Positions 1 through 13,789 of a stretch of DNA of 64,000 bases are shown here, piece by piece; the stretch's first letter is position 1, and each line of letters begins with the position of its first letter. The notes under the pieces are model-generated. The model saw only the letters and a list, made by a program, of their open reading frames with translations, had not been told where the DNA came from and made no database searches. The position numbers and the translations under genes were made by a program. This DNA is from Paraspadella gotoi (lineage: Eukaryota; Animalia; Chaetognatha): contig CM119270.1 in NCBI GenBank assembly GCA_051294375.1, forward strand, positions 4,844,152 to 4,908,151, read 5' to 3'.

Positions 1-990
1 AACTCAAATGGAAAATTGGAAGTCGAAGGGGCGCCGAATATCTCTCTTCCCAAATCTATTTTCAATCTGTACCATTCTATGTCCAGCAAAGTAAGCGTAA
101 TGCCTCAATGTTGTGAGAGGCAAAACATCCAACTTATCAACACCAGCTACCCAAGCTATGCATGCATATACGTCATTTTGTTATCTCGTAACTTCAAATG
201 TGGGGAATCCAACAATTCGCGGAGTGCGTTGATTTTAAAAAATCCTGAATCCATTAGGTAGTGCTTTAGAACACCTATAAACCATCCATGTGTCTCTCCA
301 TACTGGTATCCCCGAACCAATAAGATATGACTTCACGTCTTCCAGCTTAAAAGCTTGTCTAACCAGCTCTTTGAACAAGCTCAAGGATTCTTTGATTGTA
401 AGTTTAGAAAATGATTTCACTAATCTTGGTCCAAGTATTCACTTTTCGGTATCATCACCCTTATACTTGTGCTCTTTATCTACAAATCTTTTGAATTGAT
501 CAAAGACCCTCATCATTCAACTCAATGCACAATTTGCCATGTTTTAACATTATCTTTACCTAAATATTGTATAAATTTTTCTGAAGTGATTTCCTTATCA
601 ATTACAGTAATTCCATACTCAATTTTACTTTTTTTTTCCAATGACTGACAATCGCGTAAATCTTCCCTAAAAGATGAACAAATGTTTGATTTACAGTAGA
701 AGAAAACACCTTAATGTTCTCCAGTTGGTTCATCAATTGTTATTTTGAAATCTTTGTCTCTATGAAGAAATCACCAGTAGGTTGTAGATGAAATCAGAAG
801 CAATACTAAGATTGCTCTACTAATGATGTTTGTTGACAAAGCTCGCCTCTATGATAAACAAATAAACCATGATAAAAAAAAAATTAAGCCACTCTTTCAA
901 TATTCCCCACCCTCGCCATCCCCCCTTACCCCCTCTCCACCTTCTTTCCATGGCCAAATAAAGCACAAAGAATTGATAGATCAAGAAATA
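1..990. repeat. Partial copy of the ~3.9 kb duplicated unit (near-identical to ~11521-12495)
   Basis: Direct match, e.g. 'gaaaattggaagtcgaaggg...ttctatgtccagcaaagtaagcgtaatgcc' near 11 and 11530, and 'aagcacaaagaattgatagatcaagaaata' at 961 and 12470. Confidence 0.9.
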
Positions 991-1343
991 AGTACAACTC
1001 AAATTAGTGCTTCGAAGGACTCTTTTTATTTTGGGCATTTGGAACTTTGTGGAGGATCTGCACTGCTAATTGTCTCATAGTCACATGAGGTTGTTGACGC
1101 AGGATTTCCTGTGATTTCTGGTCTTAGTTGTTAAAGTGGTGGCAAAATAGAGAATCTTTTTTTTTCTAATTTTTGTTTATGATGTTTTGATATAATTTAG
1201 ATCATTTTTTGTTGGATTTTTGTTTTTTATACTTTTTTTCTTCATTATCTTTCTTCTTATTCTTTTGGTTTTATTTTCTCTCTATAAATTTACCCTATCC
1301 AAATTGTTTGTTTTGGGTTTTAATCCTTATGGTTTTTTTAATA

Positions 1344-1920
1344 AGTACCCGGTCTTGGCTTTCCTTCATAAGGTCCAGGGAAACTATATTCTTTCCTATA
1401 ATAATGAATGGAAATGATTGAATATGGCCCATGTGTGGGAGCGGAACTCGGTAAATGGTCTATTCCCTTCTATATTTCAAAAAAAAATTTTTGAAAGTTT
1501 TGTTTTACCATCATATTTTTTAATTTATTTGCCATACTGTGCTCAAATACTTGAACGAAAATATTTTTTTTCTCAAGTAAAAATTATCTAACATTACTGG
1601 TCTAATGGTAAACCACTGTGTTAGCGAAAAAAAAATTTATTTATTAATTATGTCCATAGTTGCTAATTATGATAATTAGTATTTTATTTTTTATTATTAG
1701 TTACACTTTTTTATTATTAAGAATTAATAGTTTTTGATGCAATTTTTATTCTCTAATCAAATTATATTTTTTTTATAATTAACTAAAATAGTAATTTAAT
1801 ATATTACTATATAAATTGATTGATAAATACTAATTTTTTTAAAAAGTTAAAGCCAAACTATGGAAAATATTAACTGAATTAAAATATATATTTTTTTAAA
1901 TTGGATAACCGCTTTAATAA
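1344..1920 (+). mobile_element. Truncated left-TIR fragment of the Tc1/mariner-like element at 15962-20576, interrupted by the gypsy element
   Basis: 'agtacccggtcttggctttccttcataagg...ttggataaccgctttaataaa' aligns with 15963-16548. Homology stops where the retroelement begins. Confidence 0.8.
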
Positions 1921-4900
1921 ACATCGCAGAGATCCAAACTCAAGAATAAAATCGGATCAAAACGACTAAAGTAAAAATCAGCAAGGAAGAGAATGAACTC
2001 TCTCATTGGCCGAAGAATGGCACAGCACAACCAGCCAATGACCAGATGGGCTTCCTTCGACGCGGATTTCCTAAACCTCTTCCGAAGGGAACCGTATAAA
2101 AGGCGCAATTTTGTTATTGGATTCATCTGCTGAATTTGACACGTCTGTTAATTGTTTATCAAGATAAAATCATTGGTTTCATATTGAATCCCTGTTTCTT
2201 ACTTAAAGTGGGACGGAGTGGATTCAACTCACCACGTTCCACTAAGAAAAACCAAGCTTAAACCAACGGAACCCACGCTCTTTTAAGAAGATGGACAACC
2301 TCCCTCCAACCGTCCAGCAAAAGATTAAAAAAGGGAACACCGTCAAACAGAACACAACAAACGCCAGAGTTGCCAGCGGTAGCAGTAACGCAGGATCTGA
2401 GTTCCACAGCTTCGCACTCAGTGGATACCTGCAACAACTGGGCAAACAGGGGAAAACCCTGCCGAATACGCCGAAGTAGAAGTTATACGACGAACAGCTG
2501 AGACGACAGGATACACGTCCTTAGAGGCCGGTCAGGAGTCGAGCCACACCTCGGGTCAAATCGCACGACCCTCCCGGTCGCAACCTGATCGCAACAAGAA
2601 TCGACCACGTCAGCGGGATGACACCAGCACAACCGCGATGAGAAACTCATGAGCCTTCCCAAGCATCCCCTCCCCTCGCTTCAATATCCTGACCCCGTAG
2701 CTGGTAGTCCGGGATCAGTCGCAAGGACACCTTCCTAAGACAACAGCGGCAAATCACCAAATACACGGGACGAGACGCCCCTCGAAGCGGGAGAAGTGAC
2801 CTCATACTTGCCGAGCAAGCCGATTAACTCGAAAGAAGAGGAGATTCCGATGAGTACGCCAGCAGATTTCTTACGCAGCTTTTAACGAAGCCTTCAGATT
2901 CGCCCGACCCGACAAAGGTGGATCAGCAGCTCGCGCCTTACTATCCAAGGAAAAATGCGAGCCGTTTCATCGAGCCATCAACCATCATTGGCTGGGACTC
3001 AACTTCTCGAAGCTCCTCGTAGCAATAGCCGAGGCTCGCAAGTGCGAAAATCGAATTGATCGCAGGTACCGCCAAGTACGGGCTGCATTATTAATGCTGC
3101 AAAGAACTTTGAGGCGTCAGGAGAAAGACAAGCTTCGATCCCTGACTATGTCCAAGTGGTTAAGCGCTCGAACCTTACGTCCCGGATACCTCCGAGACTT
3201 TGAATGGACAACGCTCTTTGAAAAGGCGAAACCGCATCCTGGAAAAGCCAATAGAATCAAGCTAAGGGCTCTTAAGAAGACGACTGACGCACTTATCAGA
3301 AAAAGTGGGTCAAAACTGTCAGACGAAGACAAGGAGAAGCTGTCAACCTTATACAAAAAAGCAAACGGACAAGGACCCACATGCAGCCACATATTTACCA
3401 GGATCATGTGCCGGAGATGAACAAATGATGAATGGATGATGAAGGAATCTGAAGAGGGAGCTGGGAAACCGGACGCAGCCAAATCCGTCCGTGAGGACCG
3501 CACGAGCGCTGGGGCACGCGCCCGAATTAGGGACAAGAGAGGAAACCTGACAAAAACCGGGATTGGAAAAAGTCTAATTGGCGCGACGAAAAAAAGGAAG
3601 AAAAAGTCAAAAACTTTGGCAAAGAGGAGAGATTATTGGTAGACCTAATCGTGAAATTGAAAATGATTCTGCTTCTGATTTCGATGAAAATAAAGACGAT
3701 TTCTATTACAACCGGTGGTGCATAAAAATATGAAATTAGAAAAAAGAAAGAGAACAAACAACAGCTAAGAGAATTTTACAAAAAGTCCTAGGAAAAAAGT
3801 CATGGATCGACACACGACCCGTCGAAGGACCTTAGAGAAAGGTAAGACAACTCGCTCAACGGCAAACATGCTAAGACGGAAATCAACAGCTCACGGATGC
3901 ACAAGTTGTCAACTCTCGATGCCAAAGCCGAGATTGCCTCCCGCAAAATATCTCCACAAAATGGGGTGGAAGGACTGGAGCTGTACAGACATGGCAGGCC
4001 AAAGGAGCCATAAATTCAAGGTCCGAAAACCTGCGCCAAAGCTTGAAAGGGCGCAAGCGAAAGGAATGCTCCTCTTCCCTCTCCTCCTCCTCCTCCTCCT
4101 CGGCCATAGGAAACATCCAACCCGAACGCGAACGCCAAATAGGACGCCAAGCAACGCCTCCCCAAGCTTACCTACCACAAACACAGAATAAGGAACAGAC
4201 TCAATCCCAATTCAACAAAACTGGAGCAAGGCTGGGGCTTAAAAGGAACTGGTACAACAGGCAGCAGAAACAACCAACTACGAGATAGTGCTGGATGTAA
4301 AGTGGAAGAATCTCTCCATCAAGCGACCTAGGAGTCGAAATCGATGCCATTTGCGAAGACTCCCTCTCAAAAGAAGTTGAAAAGCCCAAAGACAGAAGAG
4401 ACATGCGGGGCTTACCAGAAAAGATGATAATCCGATACAGGACTGTAGGGCCCAGAATAGAGACGACACGGATATCAACCCTAACTGGCAAAATAGCTAC
4501 ATCCAGCAGTGATAAGCAGAGACCTTGCCAGCTGCTTATACATACAGGTCACAAAATTAACACTGGTACAGAATTTCGAGAAAAAATGGGGCCTATTAAA
4601 CAACTTTCATGAGCCACTGCGCTTATCACGCCACGGACGATCACTTAACTGAGAGAATTAACTCAGGTGATGTTCAATGGGGTTCAGATCTTCTTGTCTC
4701 TGCCGACGAAAGACAAGACATTAATATGAACGACCATCACAAATCCAGGCTCCAGACAGCTATGTTAGTACAACCTCAAATCAGAGGAGACTGCAATTGG
4801 CACATGGACGGCAAAACTCACACCCTGTTTGGAGAAAACATGAGGCCTCATGCGGCCAGATGGTCGCCGAGGAAACGTGATGAGAAACATCTTACTACAT

Positions 4901-7222
4901 CATAGAGAGGCGAGATGGAAACTAGGCTAAACCACAAGTTATGGAAACACTAACCGGAAAAGAATGGATTGTCCGAGCGGAGACAAAGAAAAAAGCACAT
5001 CGCAGATGGCGACAAGCTCAAGAGGGGTAGAATTGGACGCTGACACCGAATTTTATGGGGAACAGCACGACCCCCTAATAAAAACGAGCCAAGGTCACCT
5101 GCATCTTGAAACAAACATCACGGCCGACCCGTACAAGCCGACTATCAGGCGAAAAAACCCTATTTAAGAAAGTAGGAACGGCTCAATATCGGCCACACTC
5201 TCCATCCAACTGGAGCATTAAAAATCGTGGACAGCAAAGAAAAGCAAAAAAACGACGATACGGGCAAGGAAGCATCCTGAAACATTCAAGGCGTCGACCA
5301 AGCCTAAAGACAAAGACACTAGTTGGGAGATTGTTGGAGTTTCGAGCGTCTTGGAGAATGAAACAGATTGCAAGAAGGGCTTCCTCAACTATACAGGCGT
5401 CAGACCTCCGTAACAAACGAGGACCTCCCAAAGCCGAATTCGCCAATCAGGGGCCCAGGTTAAAGAAAGCGCCCTCAAACGGTAACCTGAAGTTTAGAGA
5501 AAGCAGGCATTGTATTAAACAAGAAATGAAAGCTACCGAACCTTTCTCAATAAAAAAAAAAAAAACACCGGACATGTTGTGGGAGGGACAGGACATGAAA
5601 CGACAAACTTTGCAAACAGTGGCGATTAATATGCCGACCTCTCTTCCGTAAATAATAAATCTCCACATATGCACAAAACCACAAACGATAGCTCAAACTC
5701 AACATATAAAAGACGAACTCCAGTCTCATGGATATCTTGGCCCTGCTTCCATCAGTCAATCTAGGACCGCTGCAAGGGTTTTAAACCTTCGCCGGAGCGG
5801 TCAATAATGGTGGATAAAGCTGCCAATGGGTGGGGTCAACAGCGTCAACGTCCTCCAAGCTATACTGATGAGATCTTCCAAGACTTAGGCACAAGAACGT
5901 CAAAAGTTTTCCATCGGGTCTACGCCGGACTCATCCTAAACAGCAAATCGGCCAAAAAGGACATGGCCACAGACTCGGCGATCTCTTGCAAAGAATGCAG
6001 AGACGAGCCGTGGTTCTCAAATGACAAGACGTCCTCCTGCGAAACAGAGGATAATAAGATCCTGGGCTTCAGTATCTCAAAGAGCAAGTTAATGCACAAA
6101 GACGAGAAACTGACAGCGGTCGAGCTCAAACTGAATCGCTGAAAACGCTCAGAAGGAGCTAGAAGCGAATGCTGGCATCATTGATACTACAATGCTTCAC
6201 CCACCGATTTCTCAAACCATACATCGGCCAACCCTCTCCACTGCCCTCACTGCATTGGACAAAAAAGAATTCAAGCTAACGGATAAACAACATAACAAGA
6301 TGCTGAAGCTCCTTATAGAGAGAGATAAGGTCATCGCCCGGTTAAACTCCTTAATGACGCAAGAAAAGGCAAGGCTCATGAACAAAATTTACGCTGATGC
6401 CAAGCACAAGCGCGATGGGTGGGTTTAAACCGCAGGACTGCAGATGGGTCGAATATCCACTGTTTTCACTCAGCTTTCCCTTGAGAGTACAGGATAAAAG
6501 CATATCAACATCCCTGGGAGACTCCTTGCATTCAATCATGATGGTCCGCAAATTCAAAGGGTTACACCTGTGGAGAGCGTCAACTCTAGTACCGGGACTC
6601 AACAGTATTTAAGAGGGTGATGGATTCTCAGCACGAAATAGGACAATTATTGCCCACGCTAACGTGCCTCAGGTGGATTAACCGAATACGACAAAATGTC
6701 AACCTAAGGAGATCATCCTTCGCAAGAGCGAAGGATAATCCGGCAGATTTTTTGACCCGTTTCACGGTACCAAGGGCAAGTCCACCCTCGACACGAAACC
6801 TTCCGGCAGGCTTCGATATCTCGGGAAATACGAACCTGGCTTTTGCGAAAATCCCGTGTATGACCAACAAACCCAGACATTTTGATCTCATCACGGGACA
6901 CGCCCACTCTGGCGTATTAGCGCAAACCTGCAAAACAACCAAGGCCTTCAGAGCGAATTCTTTGAGTTTTGCGCACGATTTCCACAACAGAAAGGCTAAT
7001 ACGAGAAATTATTGGAAAAACCAAAAACCAAAGATCTCTGACACATTCATCAGAACCATAATCAGCCCAAGACTGGATCCTGGGCATCCCGAACGTAGAA
7101 ATGCTCAACGAGAGACTGGGATCACCTTGTCATGATGGATGAGGACTCAACAAAAAAAAGTTGCAAATTCGAAAGAATTACGGTTCCTACAGCAATCGGG
7201 TAATTAAAAATTCTTAGAACCA
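1921..7222 (+). mobile_element. Ty3/gypsy-like LTR retrotransposon (putative LTR, gag-pol), heavily frameshifted and cut by the N gap
   Basis: Pol motifs occur in gypsy order across frames: RT 'MDI..CFHQ' (~5728), 'KLPMGW' (~5817), 'KILGFSISK' (~6055); RNase H 'YADA(S)' (~6390) and 'KDNPADFLTR' (~6731); integrase 'HAHSG..CKT' (~6899) and 'PGHPER.NAQ.E' (~7079). A TATA-containing LTR-like segment (~1921-2205) precedes a degenerate tRNA-Leu-like PBS 'tgggacggagtggattc' (2209-2225). Confidence 0.8.
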
Positions 7223-7249
7223 NNNNNNNNNNNNNNNNNNNNNNNNNAG

Positions 7250-10200
7250 GAGGAAGATAGAAGCAAATAAGATTGCTCTAACTATGATGTTGTTGGACAA
7301 AGCTTCGCCTCTATGATAAACAAATAAAACCATTGATAAAAAAATTAAATCCACTCTTCAATATTCCCCACCCTCGCCATTCCCCTCCCTTACCCCCTCT
7401 CCACCTTGTTTCCATTGCCAAATAAAAGCGACAAAAGAATTGATAGATCAAGAAAATCGAGTAACAAAAAATTAGTGCATTGAAGGAATGAGAAAAATAA
7501 AACTGACAGATAGATTAAAAAAAAAGAACATTTAAATGAATAATAAAAAGAAATTTGATAAGTAAACCGAAGACAGTTTGTCTTTTAAAAGTAGAATAAG
7601 AAATAATATAGCCAAACAAATAAAACGGCAAACTGTGTAGAAGGAAAATAAATAAATAGAAAATCTAGAAAAAAGAAAAAACATTTTTTTGGGGGAATTA
7701 ACCAAAAAATTTATAAGCTCAGAAAACTGAACAAAATTTAAATCAAGGATAAAAACTTTAAAAAACTTAACTTAGACGCTTCTAAAAGACAAACAAATTA
7801 AACATACAAACTAAAACTTACATTGGTTTCTGTGAAGGGTAGTGACCATCGGCAGCGGCCGCTGCTGCGACTGCCGCTAGGATCCAGCGAAGATGGTTGG
7901 CCGTCGCTCCGCCTTGTACGCCTCGGCGACGACCTGCAACCGGCTGCCCATCTCGTGAGATGAGATTATTCGCCGGGGAGACGACGCGAAAATATGCAGG
8001 TATGCCTGCCACGCCGCTCCCGTCGGCGACCGCTGAGGCGGGCCGCTGAACTGGACCATAGTTCAATTCCCAAAGGCTACAACAAAAATAAAAAATTTTA
8101 AGCACATATAATTAATCCAAATTAATTATACACATTAAAAAAAATATGGAAATCCTCCTCCCTAAACAGTACACTGAAACTAGTACAATCAAAACGAATA
8201 CTAATGGGAGAGAAAAAGATAATACAGTCTGGCCGAATCAAAGTTTTAAGTCTTAAGTACAAATACTAAACAAATAAATGAGATCAAAATAAAGGAAACA
8301 AAGTTAGCATGGATGACAATATCGATTATAGATAAAAATAAGCAAATAAGTTTAAATTAAGCTTTCCTCCTCTATTTATCAGAAAACTTTGAGAATCAAG
8401 AATTAGAAAAATTTTTCCTACCTTGCAATTAGGGATCGCACGAAGGCGATAAGGGCTCAAATACAAGCCCGCGTGTTAGGCGTTGAAAAAAATTTTAAAA
8501 AATAGTAAATTTAACAAAATATAACAAATCAAGTTAAGGTACATAGCTTTTTAGTGTGTAATAAAAGTCTGTAGAATTCGATGATGATAACCATTTTTTT
8601 GTATAGTTTTTCATCTTCCTTTGTCGAAAATGGCGATTTTTTTCAGCATATAAGGTGCTATTAAAATGGAGCAAACATTATACAGGTATAAGAAAACCAA
8701 ATTATTAAGATTTTACTAAAAGCTATATTTTAACTTAAATAATTAATAAATAAAAACCCATATACATATTTTGGTAAGTTTATTTAACAATTTTATATTT
8801 TATAATAGTTTGTTAGTTATGATTTTTATTAATAAATAAAATAAAAAATAAGCTAAAGTGGAAAAAATAAAAAATAAAAAATTTTAAAAACCGGATTTGA
8901 AATTTCTTAACAAAGTTTGATATAAGAAAAGTAATATCCATTTTAAAAAACATTCTTTCATTAAGTAAGGTTTAAAAATATTATAAACTATTATTTTTGT
9001 TTAATTTTTTAATTTTTGCTAGAAAATTAATAGTTTTTTTTGAATTTTGACCAACTTAATGACATAATTTGAATATAAAAATTGTTTTTTCTTATATCAA
9101 CTTTTTGCAAAGAAATGCAAATCCATAAAAAAAATTTTAAAATTATTATTTTTTTAACTTTAACTCTATTTTTACTAATATATTATTAATAAATATAAGT
9201 TAACTAACTTTTTATAAAACATAAAAATTTAGAAATAAACTTATATAAATATTTTTATAAGTCTTTATTTTTATATTTCAAAAGCTCATACAATTTTTAT
9301 AAATTTTAATAACTTGATTTATCATAACTTAATAATTGGTTTGCTATTTTATAACAATTTTATATACATTAAAAACCGTCAATTTCCGACAAGAAAGATA
9401 AAATTATATACAAAAAAATGGTCTTCAACATCGAATTCTACAGACTACATTACACTAAATAGCTTATGTACCTTCACTTGATTTGTTATATTTTGTTAAT
9501 TTTTCAACGCTCTACGGCGTGTAGATTAGGATGATAGAATGCGCTCTGAAGTGCGGACCAAACCACCAAGAGCACATAGGGCGCGCCTGAAGTCGGGTGT
9601 TCGAACCCCAAAACTTCGGCCTCAACGAGGCAAAACGCAGCACCAGCCACAATGGAAGTGGCGTGGCCCTGCAGCCGGCGCAGGCCCTGGAGAAGGTCAA
9701 TTATTCTGAGAAGGATAGCGCCAAGGAGGTAGGGGGCGCCAACAAGGCACTGGCGCCCAGTGTTGGCCGTAGAACTGCAAGGCATTCCTTTTTACCTTTT
9801 AGAGCGAAGGAGAATGGAGCTGCTTGGGTGTAAGCACCCTGATAATTTTCTTTATAAATTAATACCTTACTTAAAAATGTTTATAATACGGTTCATATCA
9901 TTTATTCATTCATTCTTTCATTTATATCATCTCTTTATACATTCTATTTATCCTACCACTCTCTCAGCAATTGATCTCATGGCATCAACCTGCACGCCGC
10001 ATTCTTCAAAGATTTACCTTTTCCTGTTGCATAAGATCCCGCTGCCAACTCCCGAGCAGAGATCTTCTGCTTGCCGTCGGTAATCGCATGTGAAGGTAGC
10101 GTTGGATGGCGCGAACGGCACACACACCTTAGCCCACTGGCTTATCGTCTGTCTCTATCAAATTATAATGAAGCCCTTTTGATTCCGATTTTTTTGATAA

Positions 10201-13200
10201 CATTTTCCACCAAGCTGCAGGAGTCCCCTGTTGGGTGGCAATCTAAAAGCTTAGCTAATGCTAAAGTTTTTTGTCTTATGTTTAAAAAAAAATGCATTTC
10301 TTTTTGCAAAGTCTCTAATACTGCGATAATTGACCGAGTTGAATCAGAGATAATAGTGGATTCGGCTTTTAAAAATTCTAAAATATAATTTTCATGCCTA
10401 CTAAGCTGAGGATTGGCTTTGTAAGTAGGCTTAAGAAATAGAAGAGGAGTTCAGAGAGAGGGGGTAAAAGATAGTGGATTTTCCCTTCTTCTTAGGTTAC
10501 AACAAGAATGTTTTCTTCTTTTTTCCTTCACGACTGAGGGACGAAGTGATTCATAAGTCGGGAAGGCGATGACTTTTACTAATGAAATGCAAGACATCTA
10601 TTTTTTCATCTAAGGAGATTTAGGTTTAATTTGAGCTCTTCATGGATTTCTCTTCAAAAAATTTTTTTCTGAACTCGTATGTTTATTAATTTATATCTAG
10701 ATGTTCATCATTTTTTATTAATCTTGTTTTATCTGCTTTTTTATTGCTGCTCCACTCTTTCATTAGCTATTCATTCTGAAAGGATAATGTCGAGCTGATT
10801 CGTTTCTAGGCTACAGGCCTGGAACCTTCCAATAATGCATCTTGTCTGCCCCTCGATAAACCATACCATACGCCCAAGAATAAGACGATGCATTTGATCT
10901 CATGACTGCACCAAGAGGCCAGCAAAAAAGAAAACCCAGTGGCACCCTACTGAAAAAATGTTCTTATTATTTTTTTCTTCACAAAAAAATTTATGCTTGC
11001 CTCTCAGGCTACTTATTTCACGCCCTCATTATTTTGTTACATGAAACGGTTTAAGGCTGAATAACTTTGACATTGCGCAATCTAACTTTTGGATTCATTT
11101 GAAAATAACTAATTTTTTTTTTAACATTGAAATATTATAATCAACAGATTTTTTTTGACAAAAGTTCAAATAACAAGAGCAAAAACTCGCTTTCAAATTA
11201 TCATTTGTACTCGATATTACAGAGCTTGCCGTCTCAGAAATTTCTAGACGAATGCTACTGTACATTCTAAAATCGTCATTCCGGTCGTGATCTAAACCCT
11301 GCTTCGTGTCTAAAACGCTTGCCAATAAAATTTATTCTGACAGGGATTCTTTGGAATCAAAACCTATGTCACAATTCCCGCGATTTCGGATCGATAATAA
11401 ATGAAAAGTTTGTAAGGTCGTTTTGAATTAACAGTAGTTGCGGATGGCAACGGCCAAAATCGATTTAACCACTTCTTCAATCTGTGCTTAGGAACAAGTT
11501 GTCATTACGTTTCAATTGTAACTCGGATGGAAAATTGGAAGTCGAAGGGGCGCCGAATATCTCTCTTCCCAAATCTATTTTCAATCTGTAACCATTCTAT
11601 GTCCAGCAAAGTAAGCGTAATGCCTCAATGTTGTGAGAGGCAAAACATCCAACTTATCACACCAGCTATGCATGCATATACGTCATTTTGTTATCTCGTA
11701 ACTTCAAATGTGGGAATCCAACAATTCGCGGAGTGCGTTGATTTTAAAAAATCCTGAATCCATTTAGGTAGTGCTTTAGAACACCTATAAACCATCCATG
11801 TGTCTCTCCATACTGGTATCCCCGAACCAATAAGATATGACTTTCACGTCTTCCAGCTTAAAAGCTTGTCTAACCAGCTCTTTGACAAGCCTCAGGATTC
11901 TTTGATTGTAAGTTTAGAAAAATTTCACTAATCTTGGTCCAAGTATTCACTTTTCGGTATCATCACCCTTATACTTGTGCTCTTTATCTACAAATCTTTG
12001 AATTGATCAAAGACCCTCATCATTCAACTCAATGCACAATTTGCCATGTTTTAACATTATCTTTACCTAAATATTCGTATACAATTTTTCTGAAGTGATT
12101 TCCTTATCAATTACAGTAATTCCATACCTAAGTTTTACTTTTTTTTTCCAATGACTGACATCCGCGTAAATCTCCCTAAAAGAGTAACAAATGTTTGATT
12201 TACAGTAGAAGAAAACCCTTAATGTTCTCCAGTTGGTTCATCAATTGTTATTTTGAAAATCTTTTGTCTCCTACGAAGAAATCACCGTAGGTTGTAGATT
12301 GAAATCAGAAGCAATACTAAGGATTGCTCTAACCATGATGTTTGTTGACAAAGCTCGCCTCTATGATAAACAAATAACCAGATAAAAAAAAATTAAGCCA
12401 CTCTTTCAATATTCCCCACCCTCGCCATCCCCCCCTTACCCCTCTCCACCTTCTTTCCATGGCCAAATAAAGCACAAAGAATTGATAGATCAAGAAATAG
12501 AGAACAAAAAATTAGTGCATTGAAGGAATGAGAAAAAAAAACTGACAGATAGAAAATTAAAAAAACAACAACATTTAAATGAATAAATAAAACGAAATTT
12601 GATAAGTAAACCGAAGACAGTTTGCTTTTAAAAGTAAGAATAGAGAAATGAATGGGGAAAATAAAATAAATAGAAAATCTCGAAAAAAGAAAAAACATTT
12701 TTTGGGGGGGAAAAATTAACCACAAAAAATTTTATAAGCTCAGAAAACTGAACAAAATTTAAATCAAGGATAAAAACTTTAAAAAACTTAATCTTAGACG
12801 CTTCTAAAGAGACGAACTAAAACTTACATCGGTTTCTGTGAGGGTAGTAGACCATCGGCAGCGGCCGCCGTGCTGGCTGCCAGCTAGGATCCAGCGAAGA
12901 TTCGGTTGGCCGTCTCTCCGCCTTGTACTGCCTCGGCGACGACCTGCACCGGCTGCCCATCTCATGAGATTGATATATTCGCCGGGCGAGACGACGCGAA
13001 ATAATGCAGGTTGCCTGCCACCGCGCTCGTCCCGTCGGGCGCCGCTGACCATAGTTCAATTCCCAAAGCTACAACAAAAATAAAAAATTAATGATACACA
13101 TTAAAAAAAAATATTGGAAATCCTCCCCCCTAAACTCAGTTGTACACAGAAACACTAGTACATCAAAACGAATACTAAATGAGAGAGAAAAAGATAATAC

Positions 13201-13735
13201 AGTCTGGCCAGAATCAAAGTTTTAAGTCTTAAGTACTAAGTACTAAACAAATAAAAATGAGATCAAAATAAAAGACAAAGTTAGCATGGTGACAATTATA
13301 ATTATAGAAGAAAAGAGAAATAAGAAATAAGCTTTCCTCCTCTATTTATCAGAAAACTTTGAGAATAAGAATTAGAAAAATCTTTTCCGTACCTTGCAAT
13401 TAGGGATCGCACGAAGACGATTAAGGGCTCAAATACAAATCCGCATATAGATTAGGATGATAGGAACGCACTCCGAAGTGCGGACCAAACCACCAAGGGC
13501 ACATAGGGCGCGCCTGAGTCTGGTATTTGGCACAAAGCTTCAGCCTCGACGAGAGAACGCAGCACAGACACATTGGACGGTGCCGTGCTCTCAGCCGGCA
13601 GCAGGCCCTGGAGAAAGTAAATTATTCCGAGAAGGGAGGTTGGGGGCGCCACAAGGGCATTGGCGCCCAGTGTCGGCCATAGAACTGCAAGGCATTCCTT
13701 TTTTCCCTTTTAGAATGGCGAATGGAGTTGAGAGG
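7250..13735 (-). repeat. Tandem duplication of a ~3.9 kb unit with degenerate exon-like coding segments on the minus strand
   Basis: 7257-8470 matches 12305-13445 and 9523-9830 matches 13448-13735 (period ~3925 bp without the MITE). The GC-rich block ~7822-8075 is flanked on the minus strand by 'tttttgttgtag' and 'gtaagttt'. No protein family recognised. Confidence 0.7.
8477..9514. mobile_element. Non-autonomous hAT-type MITE
   Basis: Long imperfect TIRs 'TAGGCGTTGAAAAA...' / '...TTTTTCAACGC(T)CTA'; 8-bp TSD ccgcgtgt (8469-8476) / cggcgtgt (9515-9522). The paralogous empty site is visible at ~13441 ('ccgcatatagattagg'). Confidence 0.85.
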
Positions 13736-13789
13736 AGTTGTGTATATCAAATTAATTACAGTGATAACAGCTTGAGGTAGAAATAATGC

